Part shown: positions 62,740 through 64,000 of the stretch, in pieces
How positions within the stretch are numbered: the stretch's first letter is position 1
Layout: each line of letters begins with the position of its first letter
NCBI RefSeq assembly: GCF_000143415.4
Contig: NW_003314276.1
Location: forward strand, 521,630 to 585,629
Reading direction: 5' to 3'
DNA from: Selaginella moellendorffii
Taxonomy: Eukaryota; Plantae; Lycopodiophyta
Length of the DNA: 64,000 nt
The notes under the pieces: model-generated
Told to the model about the DNA's origin: nothing
The model's input: only the letters and a program-made list of their open reading frames with translations
Databases searched by the model: none
Program-made: the position numbers and the translations under genes

Positions 62740-64000
62740 TCAGGAGGGCGATGGCGATGCGTGGGCAGACATGTCAACCGGGTACCTGTGCAGGCAATCC
62801 AGCCAGGGGTTCCTGTACGGCTTGTCAAGGTTCCTGGTGGCCTTCCACACGACACTGTTGCACTTGAATCCAGAGCCAAAAGCTATCTGCCACACTCGGT
62901 CGCCCCGCCTGATTCTCTCCTTGGCTTCGGAGTAGGCAAGCTCGTACCACAGCGAGCTGCTGGACGTGTTGCCAAACCGGTGGAGAGTCATCCTTGCAGG
63001 CTCCATATGCCAGCTTCCCAGCTGCAAGTTCTTCTGGATCTCGTCCAGGACGCCCCGACCTCCAGCATGGATGCAAAAGTGCTCGAATGCCAGCTTGAAG
63101 TCCGGAATGTAAGGCTTGACGTGCTTCATGTGGAGGATCCTTCGAGCCACGAGATGAGCCACGAAGATTGCCTGCTCCGAGATGGGAAGGACCAAGGGAC
63201 CCAAGGTGCTGATGTTGGTCTTGAGAGCTTCGCCGGCAACAGCCATGAGGTTCTTGGACAGCGATACCCCTCGCAAGCCGAGCTCGTCTTCCCTCTGCTC
63301 CACGCATCCAAACGACTTGTCGTCGGCCCCCTTGTGCGTCCTCACTGAATGAACCAGCTCGTACTTTGCACGGTGGCGGTCCCTTGTCCGGTTTGTGAGC
63401 AGAATTGCAGCGCCACCGATGCGAAACAAGCAGTTGGTGACGAGCATGGAGCGGTCGTTTCCCACGTACCAGTTCTGGGTGATGTTCTCGGTGCTGACGA
63501 TGAGCGCACACGAGTTGGGGTGAACTCGGAGCAGGTCCTTGGCGAGCTCGACGGAGATGAGGCCCGCACTGCATCCCATTCCGGCCAGGTTGAAGCTCTT
63601 GATGTTCCCGCGGAGCTTGTAGTGGTTGACGATCATAGCGGAGAGGGAGGGCGTTGGATTGAAGAGGCTGCAGTTGACGATGAGCATCCCAATGTCCTTG
63701 GGCTTGACGTGGGTCTTGTCCAGCACCTCGTCAATGGCTCCAAACATGACTTGCTCTGCCTCCCTTCTCGCCTGCCTCATACTCGGCTGGGTGCCAGGCT
63801 CGTCAAAAACAAATGCGGGCACGTACGTTTCGGGCCCCAGGCCCGAGCGCCACACCACCTTCTTCTGGAACTCGAGGCTGGCGTCGTTGAACTTGCCAGA
63901 CTTGGCAGCAAAGTCCTCAAGCACCTCCATGGAGCACTTGTACTTGTCGTCGGGCTTGTAGCAGGCGAAGTCCAGGAGGTAGACTCTTCGGGGGCGAGCC
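62740..64000 (-). CDS. KCS: 3-ketoacyl-CoA synthase (FAE-type elongase); 5' end lies beyond the window
   Basis: [56 protein letters not shown]. Confidence 0.97.
   Translation of the reverse strand, partial: ARPRRVYLLDFACYKPDDKYKCSMEVLEDFAAKSGKFNDASLEFQKKVVWRSGLGPETYVPAFVFDEPGTQPSMRQARREAEQVMFGAIDEVLDKTHVKPKDIGMLIVNCSLFNPTPSLSAMIVNHYKLRGNIKSFNLAGMGCSAGLISVELAKDLLRVHPNSCALIVSTENITQNWYVGNDRSMLVTNCLFRIGGAAILLTNRTRDRHRAKYELVHSVRTHKGADDKSFGCVEQREDELGLRGVSLSKNLMAVAGEALKTNISTLGPLVLPISEQAIFVAHLVARRILHMKHVKPYIPDFKLAFEHFCIHAGGRGVLDEIQKNLQLGSWHMEPARMTLHRFGNTSSSSLWYELAYSEAKERIRRGDRVWQIAFGSGFKCNSVVWKATRNLDKPYRNPWLDCLHRYPVDMSAHASPSPS

Overview
Plant nuclear DNA, most likely a lycophyte (Selaginella). This is inferred from 45-60 nt introns, extreme gene compaction and Selaginella-style PLS-class PPR proteins. 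Bases 1-10 kb are decayed, AT-rich, CpG-poor DNA containing two Cassandra-type TRIMs whose LTRs carry 5S rRNA sequence. A cinnamyl alcohol dehydrogenase gene starting near 10.0 kb is split by a 23-kb nest of LTR retroelements (10244-33198). I resolve that nest into six insertions, five of them bounded by target-site duplications (TSDs). The most striking signal is a Ty3/Gypsy chromovirus family whose integrase ORF is interrupted by two short GT-AG spliceosomal-type introns (46 and 52 nt). Splicing them out restores the HPQxDGQTE and KLxxRFxGPY motifs exactly, and the 52-nt intron is conserved in a second, older copy. The same elements share a covarying structured 3' UTR with tandem Pol III B-box motifs. 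Bases 35-64 kb are an ultra-compact gene array: GT77, FUT, eIF2B-gamma, XCT, PPR, UBP, a CX9C protein, a KMO-like monooxygenase, SUMO, peroxisomal MDH, peroxidase, PPR, ALG12, an NNF1-like gene and KCS. Start codons of divergent pairs lie only 20-104 bp apart.
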